A stretch of DNA of 63,901 bases, filler included, from Chiloscyllium plagiosum (lineage: Eukaryota): the NCBI RefSeq assembly GCF_004010195.1. It is 5 parts of 2 records of this genome, joined end to end, with 100 filler letters (N's around TTAATTAATTAA, not from the genome) between each part and the next. Parts side by side here need not be neighbours in the genome. Positions count along the whole stretch, not along the records: positions 45,839 to 58,003 come from NC_057713.1; positions 58,104 to 61,291 come from NC_057714.1; 3 more parts are not named here. One strand, given 5' to 3'. A program made the position numbers and the translations under genes. Of the stretch, positions 50,590-61,391 are shown piece by piece (the stretch's first letter is position 1; every line of letters begins with the position of its first letter). The notes beneath the pieces are model-generated. The model ran no database searches. It saw only the letters and a program-made list of their open reading frames with translations, and had not been told where the DNA came from.

Positions 50590-52860
50590 TTGGAAAGACA
50601 AACAGGAATTGCTGTGAACATTCAGTTTGTCTGGCTGCATTGGTGGAGAGAAAGTAGAGTTAATGTTTCAAGACCAGTGACCTTTCAGAACTGCTTGCAG
50701 ATAAGAAAAGGTTGGTATATATATATGCTGAAGATGGGCTAGGGTGGTAGGGGAAGTATTAAATGATAGGTGGATTTGGAGCTTGGAAAGAGAGGTCAAC
50801 AATTTGACTGACAAAGTGGAGGAGCCGGTGTTGGACTGGGGTGGACAAAGTTACACATCACACAACACCAGGTTATAGTCCAACAGGTTTAATTGGAAGC
50901 ACTAGCCTTTGGAGCACTGCTCCTTCATCAGGTGGTTGTGGAGCAGGACCATAAGACACAGAGCTTATAGCAAAAGATTACAGTGTCATGCAACTGAAAT
51001 ATATCATTTCAGTTGAATGACACTGTAATCTTTTGCTATAAACTCTGTGTCTTATGATCCTGCTCCACAACTACCTAATGAAGGGGCAGCGCTCCAAAAG
51101 CTAGTGCTCCCAATTAAACCTGTTGGACTATAACCTGGTGTTGTGTGATGTGTAACTTTGACTGACAAAGGAACGGGTAGAGGTCAACCTGGGAGAATCA
51201 ATAGCTGCTAATGCTGACTGCTAGTAGCTGACAAGGGGTTGGTTCCAGTAGCAGCCCATGGGATGGCAAGGTCTGGTGTGTGGGGGTTGGGTTAAGGGCA
51301 TGGAAGAAGGTGCTCAGGACCTAAAATTGTTGAACTTGATATTAACTCCTGAAGGCTGCAGAGTTCCCAAATGGAAAATAAAATGCTGTTCTTCCAGTTT
51401 GCGCTGAGCCTTGCTGGAGCGCTGCGACAAACCTGGGATGGAGATGTTGGCCGGGGAACGTGGTGATCTGTTGAAATGATTGGAAGCTCAGGATCATTTT
51501 GTGGACAGATCTCAGTGTTCTGCAAAGCAGTTGCCCAGTCTACGGGAGACCATATGGTGAGTAGACTAGATTGTATAAAGTGCAAGTAAAGTGCTCCTTC
51601 ATCTGTAAGATGTGTTTGGGCCCTTGGACTCTGAGGAAGGAGGAAGTAAATGGGCAGGTGCTACACCTTCTGAGGATGCAGGGGAAGGTATCATAGGGAT
51701 GTGTGGGGGGGGTGTTGGGAGTACACCAAGTTGACCCAGAGGGAACAGTCCCTGTGGAAGGTGGACAAGTGAAAGGGAGGGGAATATTTGAGTCTGGTGG
51801 TGGCAGAAATGGTGGCTATCGATCCTCTGGATGTGAATGCTGGTGGAATGGTTGGTGAGGACAGGGGAGACTCTATCGCTGTTGTGGGTGCAAAGAGACA
51901 GGGTGACGGCCAAAGTGCGGGGGATGGGTTAGACTTGGCTGAGGGCCCTGTCAAACATGGTGCTGGGGAATCCGCAGTTGAGGAAGAAGGTAGACATTTC
52001 GGAGGCTCCCTTGTCGAAGTTGGCATCATCAGAACAGATACAACAGAGTTGGAGAAACTGGGAGAATGGAGTATAGGTTTTACAGGAAGCAGGGTGTGAG
52101 CGTTTATGGTTCAGGTAATTGGGGGAGTCGATGGGTTTGTTGTGGATATTAGTGGCCAGCTTATCCCCAGAAATAGAAATAGAGATGTCAAGGAAGGGAA
52201 GGGAGGAGTCAGAGATGGACCAGGTGAAGGTGAGAGCAGGGTGAAAATTGGAAGCAAATTTGATTAATTTTTCCAATTTCAGACAAAAGAGGGAAACAGC
52301 ACAGATGATGTCATTGATGTACCAGAGAAAGAGTTGTGGATGGAGGCCGGAGTAGGACTGGAACAAGGAATGTTCCACGTACCCCACAAAGGGACTGGCA
52401 TAACTAGGGCCCATGTGCGTACCCATGGTCACCCCTTTGACCTGAAGCACAGGAGTTAAAAGAGATGGTGTTCAGGGTGAGGACGGGCTTGACCAAGCAG
52501 AGGAGGGTGTTGGTGCATGGGGATTGTTGAGGCCGTATTTTCTGGAAGAAACAGAAAGCAGTGAGACCATCCCAATGGGGGATGGACGTGTAAAGGGATT
52601 GTGCTGTCCACGTTAAAGAGGAGGAGGAGGCTGGAGCTTGCAAACTGGAAGGTCTGAAACTGATGTAAAGTGTCAGAAGATTCATGGAAGGGGCTGAACA
52701 ACGGGAGAAAAACATTTGGGACAAGTTGGGGGGGGTGGCAGGAGCAGGTGGAACCAATGGCTCTTCCTGGACCGTGCTGTTTATGGATTTTGGGAAGGAG
52801 GTAGAAGCGAGCTGTGTGGGTCTGGAGGACTATGATTCTGAAGGCAACCAGGGACAAGAA
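50590..52860 (-). mobile_element. Penelope-like element (RT, GIY-YIG, pLTR), decayed; hosts a fold-back insertion
   Basis: TARFYLLPKIHK; QVKGVTMGTHMGPSYA..LWYINDII..LPFLDISI..SHP (ORF 51929-52450). Confidence 0.88.
50817..51156. mobile_element. 340-bp fold-back Penelope pLTR element with 14-bp TSD
   Basis: TSD TTTGACTGACAAAG at 50803-50816 and 51157-51170; ~155-bp arms 50846-51000 / 51006-51160 around loop ATATC; same family as 161-340. Confidence 0.92.
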
Positions 52861-52999
52861 GTTAATTTTGGAACCAACTCGCCAATTTACCCTGGATCCT
52901 ATATGCTTTTATGTTCTTTATCAGCGTCCCATGTGAGAATTTGTCAAAAACCTTGCTGAAATCCACATGGACGGGGGGAGGGGTGCGGTGAGAGGCAAT

Positions 53000-53560
53000 T
53001 TGAATATTGGCCTTTTCTTAAAAGAGGATGGAGCATAAAAGTAGAAAGGTTTGGTAAAATTATACAAGTTAACCATCCGCCCATACCTGGAATACTGTGA
53101 ACAGTTTAGCGTTAGAGGCAGTCCAAAGAAGGTTCACTCAGTTGATCCTTGGCATAGAGGGATTTTCTTGTGACAAGAGTTCAGTGTCTTAGGCTTGTAG
53201 CCTTGGTGGTATTTAGAGGAATGACAGGGAACTTGTTTGAAACAAGAATGATTCTCAGGCAGTTTGAAAGGTTTGACAGAGAGAGGTTGTCACCTCTAGT
53301 GGGAGGGTCTTGGTCAACAGGGCACAATCACAGAACATTTAAAACTGAGATGAAGGGGTAATCAATCTGTGCAATTCTTTCCCACAGAGGGCTGGAGAGG
53401 TTAGGCTCTTCCATACATTCAAGACCGAGATACACAGATATTTGATCAATAAGGATAAAACAGTAAAGTACAGTTAAGGATGATCAGACTAGTCATATAT
53501 CATTGAACGATGGAGCAGTTGTAATGGGCTGAATGGCCTACTGCTATATGTTATGATTGT
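53000..53560 (+). mobile_element. Old CR1-type 3' fragment
   Basis: GMTGNLFETRMILRQFERFDRERL..GHN resembles the CR1 ORF2 C-terminus. Confidence 0.6.
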
Positions 53561-54169
53561 ATGGTTGTTGTCAATTTGACAGCTCACCGTGTGTCAGCGG
53601 CCAACACAGCAACCAAACGGCCATGTCTCAGTCAGGTCAAGGGGGAATGTTGCTGTCAGTTTGGAGGTTCTGGGGCAGTCAATAAAGGGCACTGTTCCAT
53701 CTAAGTCTAGGGGCTTGGGGACAACCAGTTATCTGTTTGGTGCACGTACAGTCAGGTGTCCATTCCATTGCAGTCCAGGAATGGGGACTGGGTCCCAGTC
53801 AGCTTTCAGGTCTAACGTCAGTAATCCGAGCATGACAGGAGATTAGTCTCGGAGCTCCACACGGATCAGTCAAAGTTTTGGTCACTCACCAGTTGGAGCT
53901 GTCTGTCCAAGCTGGAAGTCGATGGAATGAATATCAAAGGGGGTTATCAGGGGATTCTGATGGGTTAGTGAAATTAAGGAACTCACTGCTGGGAATTGGA
54001 GTGAGCAGCCTCCAATATGGAGGAGACAAGGCTGGAGAAGGAGAGAGGTTCACTCTGAAAGGGAGGGGAGGTGATTCTGAGGACCCGAGAATGCCTGGGA
54101 GGATATTTGATGCTGCAGAAGTGGGGTGTTTGTTTTTTTTACCCATGTGGTGTGAGTGCAGGTGTGAGA

Positions 54170-54540
54170 CACAGTGAAAGACACAAGATGCATGAATCTT
54201 TATTCAATTCCCACCACCAGGAAGAAAGGAAACACCCAAGTGACCAGTGACAAGCAGTGCCCTTCACATCACAGGACAATGCTGCGTGATCAAACAGTGA
54301 AGGGGAGGGGCAGGCATTAAATCAAAATAAATTTGGAGGGGGAAATAATACACTCCACTCCTTGCGGCACCCACCTCTCCCTGAAAATCTCGAGGGTGTT
54401 GGTGAACACTGCATGCTCCTTCTCCAGGGACACCTGGGTTCTGACATAACCGCAGAAGAGGGGCAGGCAAACAGCCATAATGACCTCCTCCACGGCCCGT
54501 TGCCTGGGCCTGTTATGGCTAGTTTGGCCAGGAACCATGC
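54170..54540 (-). mobile_element. Tx1-like (L1 clade) LINE 3' end
   Basis: CLPLFCGYVRTQVSLEKEHAV..FRERW C-terminus, then minus-strand AATAAA near 54200. Confidence 0.6.
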
Positions 54541-54623
54541 GGAGAACTGGGTTTTTGGCTATATACTGACTGCTCATATTACTAAGTACCTGTTCTGTAT
54601 CTTACGCTGCCTAGCCAGATTCC

Positions 54624-54654
54624 GTGTGTGTGTGTATGTGTGTGTGTGTGTGTG
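54624..54654. repeat. (GT)n microsatellite
   Basis: About 15 GT units with one interruption. Confidence 0.95.
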
Positions 54655-54743
54655 ATTGATGAATCCAGCTACGCCAAGGGTTACTGACTCTGAAGCTGTG
54701 ATGTAACAAAGGCTGAGAGTGATGGAGGACAAATAGGCACACT

Positions 54744-55129
54744 AGCAGGCCAGAACCAGCAGGCCAGAACCAGCAGGCCAGAACCAGCAGGCCTGAACGA
54801 GCAGGCCAGAACCAGCAGGTCAGAACCAGCAGGCCAGAATCAGCAGACCTGAACCAGCAGCCCAGAAGCAGCAAGCCCTGAACCTGCAAGTCCAGAACTA
54901 GTACCCCAGAACCAGCAGCCCAGAACCAGCAGGCCAGAATAAGCAGCGCAGAACCAGCAGGCCAGAACCAGCACCCCAGAACCAGCAGCCCAGAACCAGA
55001 AGCCCAGAACCAGCAGCCCGGAACCAACAGGCCAGAACCAGCAGCCCAGAACCAGCAGTCCAGAGCCAGCAGCCCGGAATCAGCAGGCCAGAACTAGCAG
55101 GCCAGAACCAGCAGCTCAGAACCAGCAGC
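54744..55129. repeat. 14-bp minisatellite (AGCAGGCCAGAACC), about 27 copies
   Basis: Directly visible tandem array with variant units. Confidence 0.95.
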
Positions 55130-55580
55130 TGTTTCCAGCAGATGCCTGTGTCCATATGAAGAGGTCACAGCTGGAGGTCCATAGGGATGTGCAGGAGGTA
55201 CAGAAAGGCCAGAGACTTTCACTCTCATTGTCATTTCCTCTACAGGTAGAGGTGCTGTGCTGCCACACTCTGAATGTGTCCTGGGACACTGTCACAAAAC
55301 TCTGCCAGCTGTGCCAATGCAACATAAATCATGAGCGAGTGGGTGCAATCCTATCGCAGTGCCAGAGCTGCACTGAATATTCATGGTCCTGGAAGGAACC
55401 ACCAGGAATCTGTGTGGGGGTTTCACAATCCCCGCCCCGCAAACGCAGCAAGGCTGTCATCAATCACATTCCGGCTTTCTCATGACAAGGTCAATGCTGT
55501 TGCCTGGGCAGTCGGCTTTCCCAAGGTAGCTGACTCCCCCCATGGTGTAAGGTGTGATATACTGTATCAAGGTCACATGA
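55130..55580 (-). mobile_element. Probable Tx1-like LINE ORF2 fragment
   Basis: Decayed minus-strand coding-like sequence (LHWHSWQSFVTV..ESLWPF); family call is inference. Confidence 0.4.
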
Positions 55581-55589
55581 AGAGACCAT

Positions 55590-56950
55590 GTCATCGTAGA
55601 ACATTACAGCGCAGTACAGGCCATTCAGCCCTCGTCATTGTGCCGACCTGTGAAATTAATCTGATGCCCATCTAACCTACACCGTTCCATTATTATCCAT
55701 ATGTATGTCCAATGCCCATTTAAATGCCCTTATCACCAGCGAGTTTACTACTGTTGCAGGCAGGCCATTTCATGCCCCTACTACTCTTGGAATGAAGAAA
55801 CTACTCCTAATATTTGTCCTAAATCTATCACCCCTCAATTTAAAGCTATGTCCCCTTGATTTTGCCTTCACTATCTGAGGAAAAAAGCTCTCACTGTCCA
55901 TCCGATTGAACCCTCTGATTATCTTATATGTCTCGATTAAGTCATCTCTCAACCTTCTGGGAAAGCAGGAGCAGTCGTCCATGGAGGAAGATGAGGACAC
56001 TGAGCAGGAGGCGAAAAAACCTTCTGCATGATCGAGCACATCAGTGCTGGCTGCTCTAAGCCAGACTGGACTTAGTTGACATAAGAGCAAATTAAGACTT
56101 GGAACAACATTTCTCTAACACCTGCATGAAGCAGAAAATGATGAACTTGAAATTGCACCCTCTCTTCCCTCCAACTGGATTCACTTCCTGGCAAAGTCAA
56201 AGTAAATGAAATCAAGGTAACAGCTCATTCCTCTGACTGATGATGAGTGAGGAACAAATGGATATGCAGGCTCACAGGCAGTACAAAGAGAACATGCATA
56301 GCAAGAGTCAGGAACCTAAGTGAATAGTTTCCAGTAACTGGGGCAGGGGGTAAGAGGGAAGTGGATTAACTTAGACACTTGGGTGTTATTTGTTGTTGAC
56401 ATGCAGTAGTGCCAATTTCAGGTGGGGAAGTGGGTGATGTGAAGAAGCTGGTAGTCAGAGCTGTTACAGCCAGAGAGTCATAGAGATGTACAGCACGGAA
56501 ACAGACCCTTCGGTCCAACCTGTCCATTCCGACCAGATATCCCAACCCAATCTCGTCCTACCTGCCAGCACCCGGCCCACATCCCTCCAAACCATTCCTA
56601 TTCATATATCCATCCAAATGCCTTTTAAATGCTGTAATTGTACCAGCCTCCACCACTTCCTCTGGCAGCTCATTCCATACACGTAGCACCTCTGAGTGAA
56701 AAGGTTGCCCCTTGGGTCTCTTTTATATCTTTCCCCTCTCACCCTAACTGTATGCCCTCTAGTTCTGGACTCCCCCACCCCAGGGGGGTCTATTTATCCT
56801 ATCCATGTCCCTCATAATTTTGTAAACCTCTATAAGGTCACCCCTCAGCCTCCGACACTCCAGGGAAAACAGCCCCAGCCTCCCCCTATAGCTCAAATCC
56901 TTGTAAATCTTTTCTGAACCCCTGCAAGTTTCACAACATCCTTCCATTGG
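55590..56950 (-). mobile_element. Two CR1-type 3' ends (55590-55955, 56475-56950)
   Basis: RRLRDDLIETYKII and LFSLECRRLRGDLIEVYKIMR. Confidence 0.8.
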
Positions 56951-57809
56951 GAGAGGGGGCTGAAGGAATGCTTATGATTCCTAAGCATTAGCCCTGTTGC
57001 CTATCTTAATTCACAAGGAATGCTGAAACAATCACTCAACACAGGCCGTCGGCCGTTTCTACCTGTCAGTAATTGCTCTAAGCCTCTGAGAAACACATGT
57101 GTTTCTCGTATGAAATTCACATTAGACTGTCCTTTATCCTGTTAGAGCCTGATTTAAATATCTGAGTCTCCACACCTGGACACTCGAATTCCTAAAATAA
57201 TAATAGAAATTGCTGGAGAAACTCAGCAGGTATGGCAGCATCTGTGGAGAGAGAGGAACAGAGTTAACTCTTTGAGACTGGTGTGACCCTTCTTTGGGAT
57301 TATGGTTCTTCAAAACCAGAATATCTGCCTCCAGAAAAGTAGCACGGATGTAAACCGAATGATTTTAGGTTAGATTCTGCTTATTCTATTTTTTAACCCA
57401 TTTCCATCTCCAATGCATGACAGGGGTATTAATGGTGAGGCTTTTGTGTTTTTAAACTGAAGTCATTGGGTGGAATCTTACCAGCTATGGTGAGAAATTT
57501 GGGAAATTCAAATAAGATGGCCAGAGATGCCCTACTTGAGATCGAAAAGTTGTTTCTTCTGACTAAACTGTTGGATCATGACTGTCACGAGTGAATGGTG
57601 AGGGACTTATTAACTCAGATGATTAACACTTCATCTTATCTCATTAATGTGCAGTCTCCCATTCTCTTACATGGTGGATAGAAGCAAGGTATCACAACTT
57701 CCCAGTATGAAAGTCAGAACAGGTATCTAGCTCTTGAACTTTAGTACTTTCATCTTCAACACCAATGCCAGCATCTCTGGGCACACTCCCTTGGCTGCAA
57801 CTGCCTACA

Positions 57810-58003
57810 AGGTAAAAACAATGACTGCAGATGCTGGAAACCAGATTTTGGATCAATGGTGCTGGAAGAGCACAGCAATTCAGGCAGCATCGAGGACTTC
57901 AGCAAAATCGACGTTTCGGGCAAAAGCCCTTCATCAGGAATAAAGGCAGAGAGCCTGAAGCGTGGAGAGATAAGCTAGGGGAGGGTGGGGGTGGGGAGAG
58001 AGT
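57810..58003 (-). mobile_element. Penelope pLTR with tail and intact hammerhead
   Basis: Minus strand CTGATGAAGGGCTTTTGCCCGAAACGTC at 57913-57937; truncated by the linker. Confidence 0.8.
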
Positions 58004-58103
58004 NNNNNNNNNNNNNNNNNNNNNNNNNNNNNNNNNNNNNNNNNNNNTTAATTAATTAANNNNNNNNNNNNNNNNNNNNNNNNNNNNNNNNNNNNNNNNN
58101 NNN

Positions 58104-58295
58104 CCTCCCCCAAGTCCCTCCTCCCTACCTTTTATCTTAGCCTGCTGGACACACTTTCCTCATTCCTGAAGAAGGGCTTATGCCCGAAACATCGATTCTC
58201 CTGTTCCTTGGATGCTGCCTGACCTGCTGCGCTTTTCCAGCAACACATTTTCAGCTCTGATCTCCAGCATCTGCAGTCCCCACTTTCTCCTCACA
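58104..58295 (+). mobile_element. Penelope pLTR with hammerhead core
   Basis: CTGAAGAAGGGCTTATGCCCGAAAC at 58166-58190. Confidence 0.8.
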
Positions 58296-58467
58296 GATTT
58301 GTTACTTACTATTAAGGAGTTTTAAAGTGTCTTGTTAACTTTGGCAAAGGAATGATAGGCTAAACATAGCTGACATTCTAATTGTGAGCTGGCATTCAGG
58401 TTAACACCTGAATAATTGGACACACCACAAAGTCATATCTAATCCTTGAACTGATTCAGATACTCAC

Positions 58468-58548
58468 CTTCGTTTTGCTAGGTTCTTCTGAAATTCATGA
58501 GCGTCTTTCTCTCTACTCTCATTGCCCTCATTCTGTACCATCTTGTCA
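58468..58548 (-). CDS. Candidate 81-nt coding exon, host gene unidentified
   Basis: Acceptor tacttttaAG, donor AAG|GTGAGT; open frame DKMVQNEGNESREKDAHEFQKNLAKR. Confidence 0.45.
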
Positions 58549-60071
58549 CTTAAAAGTAATTAATTCAAGAAAGAAAGTAAGACAGAGTATTCAGAACATG
58601 TGACACAAGTTCAGGAGTTCTCAAAGCACTTTACAGCTGATTAAATATTAAATAATGCCAAAGCATCTTTTATGCCCACCTGGAACAGTAAATGGATAGA
58701 GAACAATGATAGTAACTTAGAAACATATTGAGAAATTTTATTTTTGCATGATGTACCAGTAATTTGAATCAAAAAGCTGGATTAAAATACTCAATCTCAG
58801 TTATTAAAGGCGATGGTCGATAGATGAGGTATTCATGAAATTGATTAAATATGTAGCTATGTTATGACTGCTGGAATAGAAGGAAGATTATTACTGTCTT
58901 CAGTGAGATCCTATGAAAAGGGCTAAGTGCTACATTTGTATAACTCAAGTCAACAAATTTCCCATATCACCAGACCAATCTAGGTTAAAATTATACCAAA
59001 TTGTGTGATTTATTACTCCAGGTTTGGAACAAGGGGTGGTAATCAGTTTGAGCTTGGGAATCAAGTCTACTGATCCTGGGGCAAAGCATGGTCAGTCATG
59101 AGGGCAGATGAGTTCTGTGGTGGAATGGTTTGAAAGGTCTGTATAGGTTCCATGAGACTTTGTCCCAGTTGTTTCAGAAGTTATTAGACCTCCTCGTCAT
59201 CATGATTCCTGATCCTCTAACCCATCTTCCAATGGCTACTCATACCTTCTTTGCCAATGTTTCCAACCTACTTCGTAATCCATTATAACCTCCAAACCAC
59301 TTCCACAGTGACTCACTCCGACCCACCATGAGCAGACCTTAGGATTTTCATGGAGATGAACTGAAAACTTCTAAAAGTCAGAAACCGCTTAATGTCTACA
59401 CTCTTGATTGTGGAAGAAGGAAAGCTCCCACTTACAAAACGCATTTAAAGCTTTTAAATCTTCTCATGTGCTTAACGTTAATAAATTTCTGTTCAAACCA
59501 AACATCAATAGCAGATAATCTTTTAATAGTCTCTTTAGACTGCCAAACAAACTGTGAACTCGGGGATTTGGCTGAGATAATTGTAGCTTTTGAAACTTGG
59601 CCAAACATTCATAAAGCATAATAATAGCTCTCATGGAAACATAAACAAAGAACTCCATTGGAATTGCATGATCAGATGCTCCTGTTTTTCTTCTAACTTG
59701 CAGATGATTTTTTCATTGTAGTCTGAGGGACCACTTCAACAGTAACTGCTACAAGCTTCTTTTTAAGTTTAAAGGAAATGGCATTTACTAAACTTCTGGT
59801 CATAATAGTTGAATAGATCTTGTACTGCCTTCAAAAATACTAGCATCTACTCAATCAAGTCTTGACTGATGTGTTGAGGTCTAAGACTCTTGTAGAGGCC
59901 AGCATACAATCTGTTTGAATGTAATATCAAATCCTGTTGAACTCTGGTTTCCCTCCCACATGAATCAGACCCTCACAATACAAATTGACAGAACGTCAAT
60001 ATGTGGACCCTAACTGCCATTTTCAAAGGATGGCAAATTTTTACTGACTCTGCAAAAACTCTGTGAAAACC

Positions 60072-60175
60072 TCACTCCTGACGAAGGGCTTTTGCCTGAA
60101 ACGTCGATTTTCCTGCTCCTCGGATGGTGCCTGACATGCTGTGCTTTTCCAGCACCACTCTAATCTAGACTCTGC
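60072..60175 (+). mobile_element. Solo Penelope pLTR fragment with hammerhead core
   Basis: CTGACGA-AGGGCTTTTGCCT-GAAACGTC at 60078-60105. Confidence 0.75.
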
Positions 60176-61094
60176 GGAAATCTGGCCTTGAAAGTGGTAG
60201 AAGGTGGCCTCCAGTACCATTAAAAGCAATGAATATGAGACCGAGAAAGAATGTTATATTCCCAAAAATGTAGGACACTGAAATAAACATCTCAGGAAAA
60301 ATAATACAAATGCAGCAATGTGCAGCAAGTATTGTTCACCAGGACAACATAGTGGAAAGTTGGCCCCACATGTTAAGTGGGTAATGTAATGTGCAGTAAT
60401 TATTTTTCCAGCTGTTCTCCAAAGTAGCATAAATATCTTCTATTATTTTAATCTGAAAAATGCACATGCAACAGAGCCAAAACAGACCCCAAATTTGAAA
60501 TGGAACGAGTCAGGAAGTAAATAATTACTTTTCATAAATGTACGTTGTTTGTGTTTTTCGTATGCCTGCAGCATGTTGACCTACAATGCCGACTAAAATG
60601 ATCATGTAAAATCTTATAAAGGGCTGCTGCCTAAATCAAGTTTTAGATTACTAAGTATGAGTGATGATGGACATTTTCACCAAATAGCAGTGAGCACCTT
60701 AATTTACTGCATGTGAGTTTCCATCCAACGTAGCTCAAATGTCACACAGTAGAGTAGTGAATCAAGGCAGTTTGTGTGTTAGCTAATTTATAATGCATTC
60801 CATTTGATAGATACTCCTGGTGGGAGAATAGAATAAAATAGAATAGAATATCCTTTATTGTCACGTGTACTCAAGTACAGAAGTACACGAGTATAATGAA
60901 AAGTTTTACAATGCTACCTCTTATGGTGACATCTTCGGTACAAAGTACTTAGGTACAAATTTTATTTACAAAAAGAGGAATGAAAAAGAAACGTAGTTGC
61001 ATTACTTTACAGTGATTCATAATAGAAGTTAGAAATAAGACACAGTTAAAAGTATTGACATTACAGTCAGGTAAACAAATTACAAATAAACATT

Positions 61095-61291
61095 GAGGAG
61101 AAAGTGAGGACTGCAGATGCTGGAGATCAGAGCTGAAAATGTGTTGCTGGAAAAGCGCAGCAGGTCAGGCAGCATCCAGGGAACAGGAGAATCGACGTTT
61201 CGGGCATAAGCCCTTCTTCAGGAATGAGGAAAGTTCACCTGCACCTCCACACACATCATCTATTGCATCCTCTGCACCCGATGTGGCCTCC
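61095..61291. mobile_element. Penelope pLTR (-) with hammerhead, joined to an inverted GIY-YIG fragment (+)
   Basis: Minus core CTGAAGAAGGGCTTATGCCCGAAACGTC at 61197-61221; plus-strand THIIYCILCTRCGL from ~61235. Confidence 0.75.
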
Positions 61292-61391
61292 NNNNNNNNN
61301 NNNNNNNNNNNNNNNNNNNNNNNNNNNNNNNNNNNTTAATTAATTAANNNNNNNNNNNNNNNNNNNNNNNNNNNNNNNNNNNNNNNNNNNN

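Noticed and set aside
54611..55155. Repetitive WFWPAGSGLLVL proteins
   Set aside because: Translation of the 14-bp minisatellite.
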